Positions 47,984 through 59,835 of a DNA stretch of 64,000 nt are shown in pieces. Origin of the DNA: Gloeobacterales cyanobacterium (GTDB lineage: Bacteria > Cyanobacteriota > Cyanobacteriia > Gloeobacterales > PMM-0068); NCBI GenBank assembly GCA_038245785.1, contig JBBRSB010000025.1, forward strand, positions 1-64,000. The letters are read 5' to 3'. The translations under genes and the position numbers were made by a program. Under the pieces are notes generated by a model. That model did not search any database and was not told where the DNA came from. It saw nothing but the letters and a program-made list of their open reading frames with translations. Numbering within the stretch: position 1 is the first letter of the stretch; the number at the start of each line of letters is the position of its first letter.

Positions 47984-48311
47984 GCCGGCTACCACCAATA
48001 AACACATCAACGCCCTCCGTGGGTGCCTGAAAGAATGCTGGAAAATGGATCTTATCGACACGAAGGATTATCACAAGGCCATCGATCTGAAGAGAGTCCG
48101 TGCCACCACCTTGCCCAAAGGACGAGCACTTGCACATGAGGGGATTACTGCTCTATTGGTCGTTTGTGATGGCGATGAACCTTTCCAGGTGCGGGATAGC
48201 GCACTACTTGCATTACTTTATGGTTGTGGGTTGCGTCGGGCAGAAGTTGTTGCTATCCAAGTGGAGCACTACAGTCCTGTCACGCTGACACTCAGCTCAC
48301 CCAGAAGATGA
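47984..48311 (+). pseudogene. Internal fragment of a paralogous tyrosine recombinase
   Basis: PATTNKHINALRGCLKE..PKGRAL..RDSALLALLYGCGLRRAE, similar to 43476-44432. Confidence 0.85.
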
Positions 48312-48374
48312 GCAAGTTCTGACTACACGTGCGATAGAGTATCTATAGAGATAAACCATTAAGAGTATTCACTC

Positions 48375-48932
48375 ATGGTTACCACAGCTCAATCACTGAC
48401 TTTAGGCGAGTTCCTAAAGCTTCCAGAGACTGAACCAGCCTCAGAATTTACTAATGGAGAAATTATCCAAAAACCTATGCCACAGGGAGAACATAGCCGT
48501 TTGCAGGTCAAACTCTGCACGGTCATTAATCAAGCCGCCGAGACTTCCAAAATTGCCTATGCTTTTTCAGAGCTTCGCTGTACCTTTGCCAATAACTCGA
48601 TCGTTCCTGATGTAGCGGTCTTCCGTTGGCAGAGAATTCCTGTAGAGCCTTCAGGTAGGATCGCTAACCGTTTTGAGATTCATCCAGATTGGGCCATCGA
48701 GATTCTTTCGCCAGACCAACGGCCAACGAAAGTGCTGGAGAAACTGTTGCACTGCTCTCAACAAGGCACGGAACTAGGCTGGCTCATAGACCCGGAAGAA
48801 GAGAGCATCCTCATTGTGTTTCCGAACCAACGGATAGAACTGCTTAGAGGACCTGCGGTATTACCGATTTTGAGTGGGATTGATGTGACGCTAACCGCTG
48901 CACAAGTTTTTAGCTGGTTGAAGTTCAGCTAA
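48375..48932 (+). CDS. Uma2 (DUF820) family endonuclease
   Basis: KPMPQGEHSRLQ, VPDVAV, PDWAIEILSP and LGWLIDP motifs. Confidence 0.92.
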   Translation: MVTTAQSLTLGEFLKLPETEPASEFTNGEIIQKPMPQGEHSRLQVKLCTVINQAAETSKIAYAFSELRCTFANNSIVPDVAVFRWQRIPVEPSGRIANRFEIHPDWAIEILSPDQRPTKVLEKLLHCSQQGTELGWLIDPEEESILIVFPNQRIELLRGPAVLPILSGIDVTLTAAQVFSWLKFS

Positions 48933-49254
48933 ATTCTCGTCATGAACGGCTACAATCATGCACAATTGTTCATATCTATACTCCATGAGTATTTCTACTC
49001 AGTTAGCTGCCCCTGACCTCTTCATTGAATTGACTAGTTGCATAAGTTTTAGCTATCAGTCCTGAAAACCCACGGACTATATGCGCGTAGTTGCATAGGT
49101 CGTGGCAAAAGTGAGAATGTCGCCCTTGAAATGACAACCATCATCACCCTCAATGCCCTCCTCTATAATCTTTAGAGTTAATTGTAACAACCCATCTATT
49201 GACATAGATGTTTTATCTTATCGCCTATACCCCGTACCTGATATGCTCTTAGGC

Positions 49255-49938
49255 ATGAAATTGGTTGGCTACATCCGGGTTTCCACTTCCGGGCAAGAGG
49301 ACAATACCTCGCTCACAGAGCAGCGTAGACGCATTCAGTCATACTGTGACGCCTTCGGGCACGAACTTTTCTATGTCTTTGAAGAAGTAGGGAGTGGCAA
49401 AGATGCGAAGAGCCGTCCACAATTTCAGTCCGCCTTAGAAATGGTTCGTACTTCTGCCGATGGCATAGTCGCTTTGAAGTTGGACCGGATTGCTCGAAAC
49501 ACGCGCGATGTTCTAGAGCTGGTAGAAGACATTCTGCAACCAAACGACAAGGCCCTGGTCCTTCTCGACATCCAGGTGGATACCAGCACTCCAACCGGAC
49601 GCATGATCCTCACCGTCATGGCTGCGGTGGCTCAGCTAGAACGCGATGTAATCAAGGAACGCACGCAGGGGGGGCGCAGAGCGAAGGCATCCTCCGGGGG
49701 GTTTGCTTTTGGCGCTCCGCCCTTTGGACAGCACAGCCTTGAGGGGCAGCTCCACCCCAATCAGCCAGAGGCGCAGGTCATCGACCTTATCCGCAAGCAT
49801 CACAAGTCTGGCAAGTCTTTCCAGCAAATTGCTATCTGGCTCAATGCGCAGGGATACTTGCCCAAACGTGGCGGGAGCTGGCACAGTCAGACCGTTCAGA
49901 GGGTCATAGAGCGTTTCTATAAAATAAGGGTCGGGTAA
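49255..49938 (+). CDS. Serine recombinase (resolvase plus recombinase domain)
   Basis: VGYIRVST, LDRIARN, AQLERDVIKERT and GAPPFG motifs. Confidence 0.92.
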   Translation: MKLVGYIRVSTSGQEDNTSLTEQRRRIQSYCDAFGHELFYVFEEVGSGKDAKSRPQFQSALEMVRTSADGIVALKLDRIARNTRDVLELVEDILQPNDKALVLLDIQVDTSTPTGRMILTVMAAVAQLERDVIKERTQGGRRAKASSGGFAFGAPPFGQHSLEGQLHPNQPEAQVIDLIRKHHKSGKSFQQIAIWLNAQGYLPKRGGSWHSQTVQRVIERFYKIRVG

Positions 49939-49989
49939 CTTGAAGAAAGTCCTAGACCGTTGGGTTGCCCTCCGGAGGAATGCTCCTGG

Positions 49990-50690
49990 TCCCTTATTTT
50001 GTCCAGCTTTTCGCTCTAGTGGCTCGTCAATTCCAGGGCCAAAGGTATATTCAGCTCCTGTTTCGCTGATGAGGTCATCACCATCGTAGAGATAGGTCTT
50101 CGTCTGTCCATTAACCGTTTTGCTCGTTCTATGACCCATCACATCATAGGTAAATGAAGCTGTAAATCCAGGGCCACTCAAGCTAACTAATCGGTCTCTG
50201 GCGTCCCAAACCGGATTGTTTATGGTCTGGTTGCCATTCGGATCATGGCTAATGGCCTTTCCATTCAAACTGGTATAGCGATTGGTAGAATCGACGGTAG
50301 CATTGGTGGTTGCCGTTTCTTGAGGTTCAGGAGCAGTATCACCTGAATAGGAGGTTCTTCTGTTTATCTCGTCATAGCCATAGACTAAATCTCTCAGGAC
50401 GGTGCTGCCCTTGCTGTACTTCATCTCCGTCAAACGGCCCGCCGCATCATAGTTATAGGCTGCACTCACCCCATTAGGTAAAGTCATGCCAACTCTGCGG
50501 TCTAGAGCATCGTAATTAAATCCAAAATTCTCAGAACCTTCCGTTATTGCTGTCAGACGGTTATTGTCGTCATAAGAGTAGTTCAGGGTTCTTTGGTTAT
50601 TGACCTTCAGGCTGGTTCTACGGCCTATTACGTCGTAGGCATAGTTACGTTTTAGTCATCCGATTGAGGATGTCATAGCACAAATATGAC
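49990..50690 (-). pseudogene. Rhs core fragment lacking the toxin tip
   Basis: YD-repeat sequence nearly identical to the other modules, cut off after PLERKAGQN. Confidence 0.8.
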
Positions 50691-50756
50691 CTCCTCAGTC
50701 GATCGAGAGGGAGAAGATTCTCTCATTTCAATAAGTGTAAAACAGCGTTGATTCAA

Positions 50757-51227
50757 TCATTGGAAACGTTTTGAAAGTCCTTCTAAAACTCCTCTGGCAG
50801 CAACTAACGGATCGACCCCATCGTTTCTGTAAATACTGCACGAGGCCATATCTTCAGGGAAACCAAACTCGGCATATAGATCCTGAAGCTCAGAAATTTT
50901 TTCTTCTACTGAACTTTCTTTCTGCAATAACAACGAAATATGCGCAAACCGCCATTTCTCAGTGGCCTCAAATTTCTTCTCTTCCGACAGAGGTTGTCCA
51001 TGCGTTTCAAGAAAATGAAGCCCCGTTGAAATCAGATCTTCTTCAAAGCAGCTTTCTCCCGTTGCAAGGGTCACTAAGTCACCATCTATTTCACTAGTAA
51101 CTTGCCCTAGAACAGCCTCAGCATAGTCGATCAGACTTTTTTTTTCGCACCACCCATGCTCTAACCCAACTAGCAAAGTGTGCCAATCCAGCAGACTTGT
51201 TTGCTTCATAACATCAATGACGGACAA
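50757..51227 (-). CDS. DUF2247-like immunity protein
   Basis: Directly downstream of an Rhs tip; EKWRF..LYAEFGFPEDM. Confidence 0.7.
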   Translation of the reverse strand: MSVIDVMKQTSLLDWHTLLVGLEHGWCEKKSLIDYAEAVLGQVTSEIDGDLVTLATGESCFEEDLISTGLHFLETHGQPLSEEKKFEATEKWRFAHISLLLQKESSVEEKISELQDLYAEFGFPEDMASCSIYRNDGVDPLVAARGVLEGLSKRFQ

Positions 51228-51277
51228 GGCTTATTCCTCCAGGGTTACTAATGAAATAACTTACATGGCTTATTCCT

Positions 51278-53280
51278 TCAGGGTTTCTTGAGCACTTGGT
51301 TCGCGAAACCTGTAACCTTCCCATTAGGAATAAATCGTCGGTGTGTCACTTCTCCTTGATTGACAATCCACTCAAAGACGCCTTGCTTACCATTTAAGCC
51401 ACCTTCAAGTTGGTAGAGTTCAGATTGTCCAACAACAACGCCGCCTGGCCCCTTGGTTGGTATGTTGAATTTTGTAGCATCCCCGACGTAGTTGTCTACC
51501 ATATCAGGGAATGCATGATGGGGGTCGACTTTGGTGGCACTTCCAGTACGGGGAAGACCAAGAACACCGTTGTTAATCTCGGCTTCGAATAATCCTCCTG
51601 CACCATTCGCACCTAATCCTCCACCAGCAACTACTCCTCTACCTATACCCAAACTTGCTGAAGTTAGCAGGACAGTGGCTGTGGTATCACTCGTGCAAGG
51701 AGTCCATAGCGCAGCAAACGTTCCACCCGTGTAACCGGCCACTTGCTTGAAGGCGCCGTTCATGCCACCTTCACGCTCTCCCGCGATAATTAGATTGGCA
51801 TAAGAACCTAGTGCACTCTGTCCGTAATCCTCACCCATAGGAATTCCGAAGGCCTGTCCACTTGGGTCCGTATAGTTAATCGGATTATTGCCTACATACG
51901 CCTGTAGATTGCTATCTCCACCTCCAAACCCTAGAGGATCTTCAGCGATGAATCGCTTCTGGTCAGGACTATAGTAACGAGCCCGATAGTAGTAGTAACC
52001 TGTCCCATCATCTTCTCTGCCTGTGAAGGTGAAGGGATTACTACTGCTACTTCCGGTAGTCTGTTTCTTACCAAAGGGACTGTAGTTATAGCTGGTCTTA
52101 ATAGTCCCAGTGCCGTCCGCTAACCCAATGACACTTCCTAGAGCATCGGCAAGATAATATTCGTTCTGTCCAGATTTCCTCTCTAAAGGCTGATCGATTC
52201 CTGGACCAAAGGTATAGTCAGCCCCTGTTTCACTGATTAGGTCTGAACCATCATAGAGATAGGTCTTTTTCTGTCCATTGACTGTTTTGCTGGTCCTTCT
52301 ACCCATCGCATCGTAGGTAAACGATGCAGTGAAATTAGGTCCTGATAGGGAGACCAATCGGTCCCTGGCATCCCAAACTGCATTATTAATGGTCTGGTTA
52401 GCATTGTCATCATGACTGATAGGCTTACCATTCCGAGTGGTGTATTGGTTGAGAGCATTGACAGTGGCTGCATCAGTTGCTGTATCCTTGGGAGCAGGAG
52501 CTGTATTTCCTGAATAAGCAGTCCGTCTATTAATCTCGTCATAGCCATAAGTTAGGTCTCTGAGGACTTGAGAGCCTCTGCTGTACTTCATTCCCGTCAA
52601 TCGATCAGCTGCATCGTAGCTGTATGCAGTACTAATCCCATTAGGCAGAGTCATCCCCGCTCTACGGTCCAGTTGGTCATAGCTAAAGCCAAAGGTTTCA
52701 TTCCCCTCTGTAATCATGGTCAGTCGGTCATTATCGTCATAAGAGTAGTTCAGAGTTCTTTGATTATTGACATTCAGGCTGGTTCTACGGCCCAATACAT
52801 CGTAGGAGTAGTTAACCGTTCCTCTAGGATTGGTCTCCTGAGTCAATCGGTCTAGACTGTCATAAGTAAAATTGTGCTGTCCTGCTTCTGGTGCTGTATC
52901 GTTCAAACTGATGAGGCGGTCTTCATCATCGTAGGTACTGGTGACTGCTTTTCCATCCGCATACGTGGTGGAAACTAAGCGGTCATTGGCATCATATTGA
53001 TATGTTATGACCTGACCTTTGCGGTCTGTTGATTTAATCAGATTGCTATTGGCATCATAGGCATAGCTTTCAACTTTACCTAAAGGATCTGTTTTTTTAA
53101 TTAATCTATCTCTGCTGTCATAGTCATGTTGGGTGACATTCCCTTTAGGATCTGTAACAGAAAGTAAATTACTGTTTGCATCATAGGCATATTTAACTAC
53201 TCTTCCTTCTGCAGAAGTTACCTGAGTCGTGCGGTCAAGGATATCGTATTGCACTTGAACAACATGATTTAGCGCATTGG
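51278..53280 (-). CDS. Orphan Rhs module with C-terminal toxin (no authentic start)
   Basis: YD repeats, YYYRARYY and NPINYTDPSG; tip HHAFP..FEWIV..THRRFIP. Confidence 0.85.
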
Positions 53281-53315
53281 TTAATCGAAGCAACAAGGTT
53301 TGGCTTCGCCTCCGG

Positions 53316-53537
53316 CTAATCGCTAGCAATGGCAATCAGTACGGTATCACCTTCTTCCATAATCCTTTCCTCTACAACAACCCGTGCCCCTGGGAGAAAC
53401 TCCCATTCCTCATCTTCCGGATCATAGAATTCAGCACCACCTAGAACATAGACAGTAGGCGCAACTTGAAAGGCTGGAACGGGGCGATAAACTTGCACCC
53501 CCTCACCCAAAAGATGGACATAGACAGTATTGCTCAT
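53316..53537 (-). CDS. Putative immunity protein
   Basis: Small acidic ORF just downstream of the colicin E5-like tip; YVHLLGEGVQVYRPV. Confidence 0.65.
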   Translation of the reverse strand: MSNTVYVHLLGEGVQVYRPVPAFQVAPTVYVLGGAEFYDPEDEEWEFLPGARVVVEERIMEEGDTVLIAIASD

Positions 53538-53544
53538 GACAGTC

Positions 53545-56500
53545 TTAGTACTTGAATCCGGGACCACCGACATGAATAACTTCCTTCGTAACATTATCAC
53601 GCACTACTGATTGCCCTGTTTCAGGATGAACATAACGAGTCGCTGGATTCCCTTTGTTGACTTGGTTTGTAGCAGGAAAGCTCTTCCCTTTTTGGATAGC
53701 CTCAGAAATCTGTTCTCTAGTCCATCCGCGCTTTTGAAGTTGCCCTGCCCATTTCGCCTCGGATTTAAAAGATCCAAGTGTCCATGAGGCCTCTTTTGCA
53801 GCCATGATTCTGAGCACACCGCTAGAAGCTAGGGCAATACTTAAAGTAGCAGCCGTTTTATCGCTAGTGCAAGGAGTCCAAAGAGCTGCAAAAAAACCGC
53901 CTGCATAGCCTTCAGTTTGCTTAAGTGCTCCCTCTAATCCTCCTTCTCGTTTTCCCTCAATAATCCTAGCAGCATAACTATCTAAAGCACTTTTTCCATA
54001 GTCTTCGCCTGCATCAATCATTCCACCGAATAACAATCCTGAAGGGTCAGTAAAATCGATTGGATTGTTGCCTACATAAGCCTGAAGATTAGTATCGCCC
54101 CCACCGAATCCTAGAGGGTCTTCACTGATAAACCGCTTCTGCTCAGGACTGTAATACCGTGCCCGATAGAAGTAGTAACCATTGCCATCATCTTCTCTGC
54201 CTGTGAAAGCAAAAGGATTACTGCTTGTTACACCTGTGGTCTGTTTTTTTCCAAACGGACTGTAGTTATAGCTGGTCTTAATAGTCCCAGCGCCGTCTGC
54301 CAGCCCAATAACACTACCTAGAGCATCAGATAGGTAATATTCATTTTGACCAGCTTTCCTCTCCAACGGCTCATCAATGCCAGGACCAAACGTATAATCA
54401 GCTCCTGTTTCACTGATTAGATCTGACCCGTCATAGAGATAGGTCTTCGTCTGCCCATTGACTGTTTTACTGGTCCTTCTACCCATCGCGTCGTAGGTAA
54501 ATGAAGCAGTGAAATTGGGTCCACTCAAAGAAACTAATTGGTCTCTGGCATCCCAAACAGCATTGTTTATGGTCTGGTTCCCATTGGCATCATGGCTAAT
54601 GGACTTCCCATTCAAACTGGTATAGCGATTGGAAGCATCCACCGTAGCCGTATTCGTTGCCGTCTCTTGAGGCGCAGGAGCCGTATTGCCTGAATAGGAG
54701 GTTCTACGGTTAATCTCGTCATAGCCATAGACCAAATCCCTCAGGACTTGTGTTCCTTTGCTGTACATCATTCCCGTCAGTCGACCTGCCGCGTCATAGC
54801 TATAGGCGGTACTGATTCCATTGGGTAAAGTCATCCCCGCTCTACGGTCTATTTGGTCATAGCTGAAGCCAAAAGTCTCATTGCCTTCTGTAATCGCGGT
54901 CAGGCGGTCATTATCGTCATAAGAGTAGTTGAGGTTCCTCTGATTATTGACTTTCAAACTAGTTCTACGGCCCAATACATCGTAGGAGTAGTTAACCGTG
55001 CCTCTAGAATTCGTTTCTTGAGTGAGTCTATCTAACGGGTCATAGGTGAAATTGTGCTGTCCTGCTCCGGATGCTGTGTCATTCAGACTGATGAGGCGGT
55101 CTGCATCATCGTAGGTATTAGTGACTACTTTTCCATCCGCATAGGTGGTGGAAACTAAGCGGTCATTGGCATCATATTGATAGGTGGTTGCTTGTCCTTT
55201 GCGGTCTGTCGATTTAATTAGATTGCTATTGGCATCGTAGGCATAGGTTTCTACTTTACCCAAAGGATCTGTTTGTTTGATTAATCTATCTCGGCTGTCA
55301 TAGTCATATCGGGTGATATTTCCCTTGGGGTCGGTAACAGAAAGAAGATTACTGTTGGCATCATAGGCATACTTAACAACTCTTCCCTCAGCAGAAGTTA
55401 CCTGTGTCGTGCGGTCGAGAATATCGTATTGAACCTGAACCACATGATTGAGCGCATTGGTCGTCTTGGCCATCCGATTGAGGATGTCATAGGTCATATT
55501 CGTACTATGACCCAGGGCATCGGTCGTTTTGATGACATTTCCTCGGTCATCATAGGTCAGGGTGCTGGTTTCATTTCGAGCATTGGTGATGCTCGCAACC
55601 TGCCCAAATGAGTCATAAACTAGCCTGGTGATTTTGCCCAACGGGTCTTTCAGTGCAGTGGGATTCCCTTTGGCATCATAAGTAATTGTGCTGGTCTTCC
55701 CTAAAGCATCTGTTACCGATGTTGGCAGATTAAAGTTTGGCTCATAGGTAAGCTTGGTGATACTGCCATCGGATGCTTTGATCTGAGTTAAATTTTCTTT
55801 AGCATCAAAAGTCGGTACTGTTACTCTGCCCAAGCGGTCGGTAATGCTGTTGACTCGATTGGTCCCTAAGGTTCGATTCGTTAAACTTCCATTCCCCAAA
55901 CCATCGGTTGAGATGGAAGTATACAATCCACTATCGACCCGAATAGTAGTGCTATTCCCATTGGGCATGATCACTTTTGTAGAAGCAATTCCACCTTTAG
56001 GAACAGAAGGATTAATCAAGTTGTAGATGAATTGCATCGTACTCCCATCGGCATATTGCTCCTGGGTAATACGGTTATTGGTATCATAGGTTCGACTGGC
56101 TTCTACAATTCCTCGTCTATTGGTTGTTGTCAGTAATTGATTAGCAGCATCGTAGGTGTAGCGCATGGTCTGACCAAGGGGTCCGTCACTGTCACCAATC
56201 GTCCCGCAGCATCATACTCATAGCTGACTGAACGTCCTCCCTGGTCGGTGATTTTGCTAATTCTCCCTGTGTTCGGGTCTGCATCAACCGTCAATTGCCC
56301 AGAAGCAGAACTGATAGAAGTGATCGCATTCGCACGTCCAGTCCGGCTGATGGCGATGGCATTCCCATTGCGGTCGGTGATTTTGGACAAGTTATAAATC
56401 GGCACTAAGTTTAGTGAAGCGATCGTAGGTTCGAAGGCCATCTCTGCACCATTCTTCGACCTCAGAACATAATTTGTGCCATTTTTAGTGAGCACTGCCC

Positions 56501-57323
56501 CCCGATAGTTTGGATCATCTTCATTGGCATATTGGGTGGTTGAGCCAGTAATAATCGGGAATCTGGTCCGATAGTTATTCGGCTGTATTAATTCAACCAA
56601 TTGCGGGGAGGTCTCTTGCAGAAGTAGTTCGAAGTTATGAGCGGAACCAATGCCAAAGGGTCCTTGACGGTTATCATTGCTTCGATAAGTACGGGTAATC
56701 GAAAAAGGGACTCTGCCGCCGATAACCCCAAAATCTGTATGCTGATACTTCTCGGTGCCGCTGGCAGTATCTACAGCTTTCCCACAGGGAGGACAACCCC
56801 CATTGGGAGATTGGGAATCAGCAGGCTTATTCGGTGAAGGGAAGTGCCAGGAAAAAGCTGGCAAGCCATAGGGTTTACCCGTCGCGGGATCAATATCGGG
56901 CTTAATCTGTCTGCCATCAGCGGTTACGGTACCGGTTCCGTAGGGAATAAACTGACCCGATTCCGTATCGTGGTCTGCCCGATACAGCGTTATTTTGTCC
57001 CCAGGCTTGGATTCCTTGAACAGATTCGGATACGTAATTTGGACAGGCTCACTCAAAATCGCATCAGCAGGCTGAATCGAAAGTAACTGTATCGGAGCTA
57101 CGCCTGTAGGAAAAGGCATCGGAGATCTATCAGGCGTCACCGTGCTAATCGTCATTTGGGTGACAGGAGTGCCATCCGGACGGGTAATCTTTAAGCCTGC
57201 GGGAAGCGTGACCAGCAACCCTGGAGCACTCGTAGTCGTAAGCGGGATGTCCTGAGTAATAGTGGCAGGAATTGTCTTCTTTCCCGTTGGATCATTGGCG
57301 GTCACATAGACCGGAAAAGGCAA
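53545..57323 (-). pseudogene. Long Rhs module (DUF6531 plus core) with a colicin E5-like RNase tip; 1-nt frameshift at about 56175
   Basis: ORFs 56130-57323 and 53545-56166 join as TDPL(G)QTMRY if one G is restored; tip QLQKRGWTREQI..ATRYV..VVRDNVTKEVIHV. Confidence 0.85.
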
Positions 57324-57348
57324 TTCATTCGCTTTATTCGCGACAATC

Positions 57349-57717
57349 TCAGCTGGTCAACCAAGCCTCAGCATGGTGTAGCGACTTCGTACCTAGAAAG
57401 GGTGTCATCCGCTTCCATAGCCCTTCGTCTCGCGCGGTGCGGGTCACTAAGGCTTCTATCAGGCCTGTTGCAACCGCCGTTACCAAACCCGAATCGCCAC
57501 CCTCCATCGCTTCCTCAATCAACGAGAACACTTGGCGGTTGGTATTCCCGTCGGCATTATCAAAGTCCTCAGCGATTCGATCGCCAAGGGCTGCAAACAG
57601 CGTCGTGACAGGCGGCTCCTCAGGAGACCACTCGTCAAGAACTTCCTGATGAGTAGCTCGCACTCCGACAGAGATCGCAGCAAGCGAACCTAAAAAATCT
57701 TCACAACGCATCTTCAT
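57349..57717 (-). CDS. Putative immunity protein
   Basis: Helical acidic ORF coupled (TAATG) to a toxin tip. Confidence 0.7.
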   Translation of the reverse strand: MKMRCEDFLGSLAAISVGVRATHQEVLDEWSPEEPPVTTLFAALGDRIAEDFDNADGNTNRQVFSLIEEAMEGGDSGLVTAVATGLIEALVTRTARDEGLWKRMTPFLGTKSLHHAEAWLTS

Positions 57718-58190
57718 TACCGTCCTTGCAGCGCATTACTCATGTCTCTGATGACGTTTTCGGCCGCTGCTCGATCACCAGGACGGGCTGTCGGATTTTT
57801 GGTCAACCATTTCTCAAGTGACCGAATACCGTCTGCTGCCTTTTGAGAATGGAAGGCTCCGCCCACAGGTTGACCAGTCGTAAGCTCTTGTCTAACCGCA
57901 GCTGCAGTACTGCCACTACCAACGGAAGTGTTCGGTCGATAAAGTGGGTCAATAAGCTTTGCCAAAGCAGAATCAGAGATTGCGGGCTTGCTCATCGCCG
58001 CGCGTAGTCCATCTTTATAGGCTTCATGAGCAGCAATGTTCGCCGCTCCCCCCTCTGCGGCCTCACCTAGTCCTACTGCACCCTCAGTAGCAGCAAGTCC
58101 TCCTGCACCTAACCCTATTGTAAGTGCTACCGCTAACGTTGCTCCACCTGCGGCGGCCAAACCCACTTCTCCCCAGTGAATGCAATCGCA
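57717..58190 (-). pseudogene. Orphan toxin tip without an Rhs core
   Basis: Begins with CIHWGEVGLAAA, shared with 60180-60260; tip GSGSTAAAVRQE..HSQKA. Confidence 0.75.
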
Positions 58191-58467
58191 ATACAGGTAA
58201 TTAGTTTAAGCATGTCCACGACGCCCTTGGCGAACCTGTGACGCCGCCCGATCCGCCCAAGCTGCCTATCGGGTTTGTCACGCCCGAAGATAATAGCAAG
58301 AAGGCGTAAGAGTTGAACTCGGCGCCTGTTGGCCCCATGCCTGTGCTGAGAGCAAAAGGCAAGACCTTGCACCAACTCCGTTGAACAAGAAGGACATCGA
58401 GTTGATCTAGGTGTTAAGGTAGACGGCTGGAAGCTGCGACGCCTGCCCTGCGCCAGGGTCCGTGTGA

Positions 58468-58686
58468 CTACAACCAATCGATAGACCAACCTGATTCGGC
58501 GAAGTATTGGGAGAGCGAATCCTTGTTCTCGACCCAGTTGTCAAAACTACCGCGCATGTCGGGCTCTGCAGCAGTCAGAATCAAATACCCACCCGTACTC
58601 TCTGCATCGTCGATCACCTTGACATAGGTGCCGATTTCATCACCCGCTATAATCCGGCCGACCTGGCCGATCCTAATTTCCATCAT
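58468..58686 (-). CDS. Putative immunity protein
   Basis: GAGG RBS; GRIIAGDEIG..DDAESTGGYLIL..FDNWVE. Confidence 0.65.
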   Translation of the reverse strand: MMEIRIGQVGRIIAGDEIGTYVKVIDDAESTGGYLILTAAEPDMRGSFDNWVENKDSLSQYFAESGWSIDWL

Positions 58687-58690
58687 GCCC

Positions 58691-58890
58691 TCAGTCCAAG
58701 AACGGAATATGGTTGTTGACCGTCGGCTTTCTCGCCCCTGGCTTGTGGATCTCCAGGTGTCCATGTGGAACATCAGGTGAGTGATTGCCTGAGAGCGAGT
58801 TGTTGTCGATGCGGAACTGGCAAGTTCCATCGGCGCTGCGGACTACACCGCTACCGGGTTTACAGATTTCCCTGCCCGCGAAGACCTCAC
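58691..58890 (-). pseudogene. Toxin tip remnant
   Basis: RSADGTCQFRIDNNSLSGNHSPDVPHGHLE..NNHIPFLD*, a His-rich nuclease-like tail immediately upstream of an immunity ORF. Confidence 0.55.
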
Positions 58891-58903
58891 AACAGCCAAG
58901 ACA

Positions 58904-59341
58904 TCACCCCTCAGCAACAACAAGGCGCTCAATAACTGCCTTAGCTTCGGTTGGGAAGATCACTCGAAGTTCGTGATCGACGTATTTCCACTCAGGCGGA
59001 GGTTCGGCAGCATCCGGTCTGACACTCTCTGCCCAATCGGCGAGAGCCGTTTGGAGTATCTCCAAATAGGTCCGGCACTCCGTTGGGTTGTAACGCAGAG
59101 GAAGGTCACCGTGCACAACCATCACTCTCCTATTGCTTATCCAACTGAGGTCACGCAGGCAGTCGAGTAGTGCATCCCAGTTGCCACCAAAGTAGTCAGG
59201 AAACTGCCCAGCGCCCGCCCATGCCGTAAGCAATTCAGCTTCGGAGCGAATTCCAGTGGGAACCCTCAGGACGAAGTCTTCTTGCCTGCACACGGCATCG
59301 GGCGGTGCTGCATATTCGAAGGTCTTCTCGGTAGTCGTCAT
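58904..59341 (-). CDS. Barstar-family immunity protein
   Basis: FPDYFGGNWDALLDCLRDLSW. Confidence 0.92.
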   Translation of the reverse strand: MTTTEKTFEYAAPPDAVCRQEDFVLRVPTGIRSEAELLTAWAGAGQFPDYFGGNWDALLDCLRDLSWISNRRVMVVHGDLPLRYNPTECRTYLEILQTALADWAESVRPDAAEPPPEWKYVDHELRVIFPTEAKAVIERLVVAEG

Positions 59342-59352
59342 CTTTGCTCCGC

Positions 59353-59510
59353 CTAGGGGTTCACGCGAATGAATGAGCCGTAGTGATCCGGCGTGTAGAA
59401 GATTTCTCCATATTGTCCAGTCATGATGCGTTGATGACCCGGTCCTTTCACACCAGGAGGCGGATGCACTTACTTCCTGCAGTACCTGCCCGGCTACTGT
59501 AGCAGCGGGC
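59353..59510 (-). pseudogene. Barnase/RNase Sa-like toxin remnant
   Basis: PPGVKGPGHQRIMTGQYGEIFYTPDHYGSF, with an in-frame stop upstream; adjacent to barstar. Confidence 0.75.
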
Positions 59511-59517
59511 CCTCTTT

Positions 59518-59829
59518 TCAGGTGCCGCTAGTCAATCGGCCTATAGCTAAGACACGAAACCCACTAAGCAATTCTATAAGCTCTCCTTCTCGAATCCATA
59601 TTGCTGGTAAAGGATCTTCCGAAATCAAATTACAAGTAGCGTTTCCCTGATTGGTCTTAGGGTCAAAGCTAAACGTCGTCCACTGAACATCTCTAGCACA
59701 CTGCAAGAATTCAGCTAAATATCTTTGCCAGCGAATTGTTGTACGCATACCTTCATATGGTTCTGAACCATGACCACCCAAAGAACTAGGTATCCAAATA
59801 AAATCAAACTGCAACTTTGTATTCATCAT
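59518..59829 (-). CDS. Putative immunity protein
   Basis: Small ORF 6 nt downstream of an Rhs tip. Confidence 0.6.
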   Translation of the reverse strand: MMNTKLQFDFIWIPSSLGGHGSEPYEGMRTTIRWQRYLAEFLQCARDVQWTTFSFDPKTNQGNATCNLISEDPLPAIWIREGELIELLSGFRVLAIGRLTSGT

Positions 59830-59835
59830 TTGCCC

